DNA from: Candidatus Uhrbacteria bacterium RIFOXYB12_FULL_58_10
GTDB lineage: Bacteria > Patescibacteriota > Patescibacteriia > UBA9934 > GWF2-40-263
DNA length: 64,000 bases
Reading direction: 5' to 3'
Assembly (NCBI GenBank): GCA_943354165.1
Contig: CALRBH010000005.1
Location: forward strand, 18-64,017
Shown here one piece after another: positions 61,694-64,000 of this stretch. The position numbers and the translations under genes were made by a program. The notes under the pieces are model-generated. The model had not been told where the DNA came from. It made no database searches and saw only the letters and a list, made by a program, of their open reading frames with translations. Position 1 is the stretch's first letter. The number at the start of each line of letters is the position of its first letter.

Positions 61694-62904
61694 AGGAATG
61701 AGGCCCGATAGAACTTCTGCGCGCGATCTTCGATTTCTTTCAGGACAGGCACGGGAAGTCGCGGCATTTTTCCATGGCCGACAATGGCATCATGAATGAT
61801 GCGCATCGTTTTTCCAAACGAGGGGCCTGGATCCATCTTGAGCAGCTCCATGAGCGCCATTCCATCAAGTCCGGCCTCGCGGAAGAGGCGGTTGCGCTCC
61901 TTGGTCTTCTCCACGCCCCGGATGGATGCTTTTTCCGCTCGTTTCCAGGGGGCGAAGTCGTGTTCTGCACGCAAAAAGTTCACGAGGACCGAGGCGTCAT
62001 GCCACCAGACGTGCCCATCATGGCGGACGGACGAAACTACGGCGTCGAGAAAGACGGCGCCTTGGAGAATGTCGATGAAATCATCCGGATCGTATCCGCG
62101 ATCATGAGACAGTCGGACAAGGGATTCGATCTTCCCGGGATCGGCGCCCATCGAGAAGCTTCCGATGGGTTCCAGGTGGCGTGCAATGACGTCTTCCACG
62201 ATAGCGGTGTCGCGCGAGGTGAGGCGACGTGCCCCGGCGACGCGATGCAGAAACGATTGGTAATGCGGCGAATGAATGGCGCGGTCATGCCCGAGGAAAT
62301 GTGCACGAATACCGTACGATTCGTAGAACATGAGTTCGAGCGCGCGGGCGGATAGGTTTTTGTGCTTAAGCGCGAACTTTTCGAAGAGATCGATGTACCG
62401 GGCGCGAAGTTTAGCCCGATCTGATGCACCGATATCCTCCCAACTGGAGGAAGCATCCATTTTGAACCCCAGCTTCTCCCCTTCGCTCCCCGGAAGCACG
62501 CTAAAACTCACCGTGGCCCACTTGGCGGTGTCATGACAAAGGACAAACACCTCAAACAGCGCCGCATACTCCTTAAGCGTGTCTTCGAGTTCCTGAATCT
62601 CACCTTCGTACCCCTTCAAGCGACGAAACTCTTCGATATCAAGGAGGTGAATGTCCCCTTCAATGAGGCCGTAAAGTACGGTGAGGGCGATACGCAGGTG
62701 ATCTTCCAGGAATGGGCCTTCGCAGTGGTACGGCGGGGTTTGCGGGGTCTTGAGGGACTCGGCAAACAGGGGTTCCTGGGAGGCCATCCCGCGCAAAGTA
62801 GCTTCCGCCCGGCCGGCCAGGGTCTTATTGCGAAAAACGGCCTCTAAAGCCGTGGTAAGCGGCTGAGATTCCGGTCGGTCATGGGCACGTTTCGCTCCCC
62901 ACAT
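61690..62904 (-). CDS. Stand-alone HD-domain protein resembling the C-half of CCA-adding enzymes
   Basis: QTPPYHCEG..H, HDTAK, HFLGH, LDGMALMELLKMDPGPSFG. Confidence 0.65.
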   Translation of the reverse strand: MWGAKRAHDRPESQPLTTALEAVFRNKTLAGRAEATLRGMASQEPLFAESLKTPQTPPYHCEGPFLEDHLRIALTVLYGLIEGDIHLLDIEEFRRLKGYEGEIQELEDTLKEYAALFEVFVLCHDTAKWATVSFSVLPGSEGEKLGFKMDASSSWEDIGASDRAKLRARYIDLFEKFALKHKNLSARALELMFYESYGIRAHFLGHDRAIHSPHYQSFLHRVAGARRLTSRDTAIVEDVIARHLEPIGSFSMGADPGKIESLVRLSHDRGYDPDDFIDILQGAVFLDAVVSSVRHDGHVWWHDASVLVNFLRAEHDFAPWKRAEKASIRGVEKTKERNRLFREAGLDGMALMELLKMDPGPSFGKTMRIIHDAIVGHGKMPRLPVPVLKEIEDRAQKFYRASFL

Positions 62905-62987
62905 AATGAAAAGATTATACTCCTTTCCCGCCATCTTCTGAAATAAAATGGCGGCCCTGGGGTCGGGCCGCTTCAGACATCAGAACC

Positions 62988-63602
62988 TCAGCGTGGAAAC
63001 CGGCGTTCAATCTCTACGGCAAGCTGGGCCGCGATGTCGGCGCTCGACATGTCGTGACTGACAGAAATCACCACATCGGCATGTTTCTGCCAGATTGGAC
63101 GCATTTCGCGCACAGAAGGCAGCATGATTTTCTCATGATACTCATCCGTATACGAGCTTCCCTGTCGCATCCGGCGCCGCTCCAGAATGAGCGATTCTTC
63201 CGGGTCAATGAACACCTTCAGGTCCGCATACTGCCGCACCGGATCGTGAAATCCGAAGATGCTATCGAGCAGGATCCGTTTGCCGACCACCGCATCGGGC
63301 TCAAACTTCTCCACGCCGATCCGCGCATGCTGCTGGCGAGAATAGGCCGGAAGCTCCACGTAGCTCACTCCCTTTTTCAGGGCGCGCACAACGTATGAAA
63401 GACCCACCAGATCAAACGCGCGTGAATCCTCCCAGTTGTGCATCCCGTCCACCATCGGCACCGACTCAAGTCCGTGGTAGAACCCGTCCCCTCGCAATCG
63501 CTGCGCGCACCGCGTGTCCTGCAAGAGGTCAGCGGTTGTCGACTTCATGGACCCAGCGGACGGTCCCGTAACCACAATAATCTTTCTTTCCGAACTTTCC
63601 AT
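62988..63602 (-). CDS. Uridine kinase-like nucleoside kinase
   Basis: DGFY, NWEDSRAFD, LPAY, DLKVFID, ERRMR, ADVVI. Confidence 0.75.
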   Translation of the reverse strand: MESSERKIIVVTGPSAGSMKSTTADLLQDTRCAQRLRGDGFYHGLESVPMVDGMHNWEDSRAFDLVGLSYVVRALKKGVSYVELPAYSRQQHARIGVEKFEPDAVVGKRILLDSIFGFHDPVRQYADLKVFIDPEESLILERRRMRQGSSYTDEYHEKIMLPSVREMRPIWQKHADVVISVSHDMSSADIAAQLAVEIERRFPR

Positions 63603-63632
63603 GGAAACCTCCGCGCGCAACTATATCACACG

Positions 63633-63968
63633 CTATTTTTTTAGCACGGCGTAAACGGAGGCTCCCATCGCGGCGACCCCTGGGCGATGGAACACGACAC
63701 GCTCGTCTTTCTCAAGCGTGCGACGAACGGATTCGCGCAACGCGCCGGTTCCATTTCCGTGGACGATGTGGATGACTTCTGAACCACTCAAGTATTCAAC
63801 GTCAATAAATCGTTCGAGTACGGCGCGAGCTTCATTCAAATCAAGCCCGTGAAGATCGACTTCCGGAGCATTCCCCGCCATCTCGGCAACCGAAATCTTG
63901 CCCTCAGGCGAACTCTGCCCGTGGCTGATTGGGTCCCCGCTCACGGTAGGAACATTCTTGCGTTTCAT
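63633..63968 (-). CDS. Smr-domain (MutS2 C-terminal) protein
   Basis: EVDLHGL, IVHGNGTGALR. Confidence 0.88.
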   Translation of the reverse strand: MKRKNVPTVSGDPISHGQSSPEGKISVAEMAGNAPEVDLHGLDLNEARAVLERFIDVEYLSGSEVIHIVHGNGTGALRESVRRTLEKDERVVFHRPGVAAMGASVYAVLKK

Positions 63969-64000
63969 AGGTTATTCGGCGAGAACGGCTTGAACATCCA

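Overview
Gene-dense chromosomal region of a bacterium using genetic code 11 (TGA is a stop and prfB is present). The gene content suggests a Patescibacteria/CPR genome, possibly ABY1/Uhrbacteria-like; this is an inference. It carries scattered housekeeping genes (rsmA, tsaC, prfB, groESL, yidC, nusA, argS, tyrS, valS, trpS, rplS, cmk, uvrA, secG, rnj, ruvA), a glycosyltransferase cluster, Cys-rich surface proteins (including a >1680-aa ORF running off the left edge that the ORF track misses), six tRNAs and an enlarged RNase P RNA. No transposase, integrase, prophage or CRISPR array was found. The most notable signal is non-coding. (1) 5' tRNA fragments, interrupted after nt 15 by the same double-hairpin element, sit upstream of two different tRNAs (3 x 85 bp for tRNA-Val, one copy for a rare tRNA-Ile(UAU)). 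(2) At least five families of 7- or 9-nt degenerate tandem repeats form polar hairpins between genes and also insert in frame into ArgRS, ValRS, NusA and other proteins. (3) Two REP-like palindrome families supply gene ends or in-frame inserts. (4) An ORF6N gene has matching 25-bp palindromes inside and just downstream of it.
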